Part shown: positions 6,595 to 6,787 of the stretch, one piece after another
Numbering within the stretch: position 1 is the stretch's first letter
Layout of the letters: the number at the start of each line of letters is the position of its first letter
Notes under the pieces: generated by a model
The model's input: only the letters and a program-made list of their open reading frames with translations
Databases searched by the model: none
Told to the model about the DNA's origin: nothing
Translations under genes and position numbers: made by a program
DNA from: a virus
Taxonomy: Duplodnaviria; Heunggongvirae; Uroviricota; Caudoviricetes
Length of the DNA stretch: 6,787 nt
IMG/VR virus record: IMGVR_UViG_2711768058_000003
Reading direction: 5' to 3' (one strand)

Positions 6595-6787
6595 ATGACA
6601 CAGACTGAATCAGCGATTCTGGCGCATGCCCGGCGGTGTGCGCCTGCGGAGTCGTGCGGCTTCGTGATAAGCACGCCGGAGGGGGAGTGGTATATCCCTT
6701 GTGTGAATATTTCTGCAGAGCCGGAGGCGTATTTTCGTATCGCACCGGAAGACTGGCTGCGGGCAGAGATGCAGGGGGAGATTGTGG
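6595..6787 (+). CDS. K: Tail tip assembly protein, lambda gpK family (JAMM/MPN plus NlpC/P60 type), 3' partial; only the first 64 codons are in the window
   Basis: ATG 6595 lies 10 nt after the L stop, with no strong SD, so it is possibly coupled to L translation. The N-terminus (MTQTESAILAHARRCAPAESCGFVISTPEGE ... CVNIS ... EDWL ... EMQGEIV) matches lambda gpK as I recall it. The frame stays open to the window end. Confidence 0.85.
   Translation, partial: MTQTESAILAHARRCAPAESCGFVISTPEGEWYIPCVNISAEPEAYFRIAPEDWLRAEMQGEIV

Noticed and set aside
5937-6674. 245-aa minus-strand ORF (Arg/His-rich), and 5897-6400 (-)
   Set aside because: Antisense to the gpL and gpK homologues, which have strong lambda similarity. 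The Arg/His-rich composition is characteristic of the reverse frame of GC-rich genes; no expression signals.
1-6787. Possibility of an inserted accessory, moron or defence system in this window
   Set aside because: Every stretch longer than about 65 nt is accounted for by syntenic tail genes on one strand, and the only intergenic gaps are 65, 14, 47 and 10 nt. No CRISPR repeats, tRNA-like sequence, integrase or transposase signatures, or reverse-strand gene with credible signals were seen. Any novel system would have to lie outside this window, for example downstream of the tip genes.

Overview
This window is a contiguous, single-strand (+) block of the tail morphogenesis module of a lambdoid siphovirus, most likely a prophage in an enterobacterial genome (the DNA is visibly GC-rich; GC content not computed). 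Gene order is: neck/tail-completion protein (HK97 gp10-like, 5' end cut by the window edge), a small tail-terminator-like protein, the major tail tube protein with a C-terminal Ig-like domain, the G/T tail assembly chaperone pair joined by a -1 frameshift site, a 1080-aa tape measure protein (lambda H family), then lambda-like tip proteins M, L and K (K cut by the window end). Genes are tightly packed, with only three short intergenic gaps (65, 14 and 47 nt); two of these carry hairpin plus T-run structures that look like intrinsic terminators or attenuators. I find no room for, and no evidence of, an inserted accessory or defence system here: this appears to be an ordinary conserved structural region. 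The points worth a second look are the frameshift site, the two intra-operon hairpins, the Ig-like decoration domain, the Fe-S cysteine cluster in L, and the mosaic make-up of the module. All protein assignments rest on recalled similarity to known families and on gene order; no database search was run.
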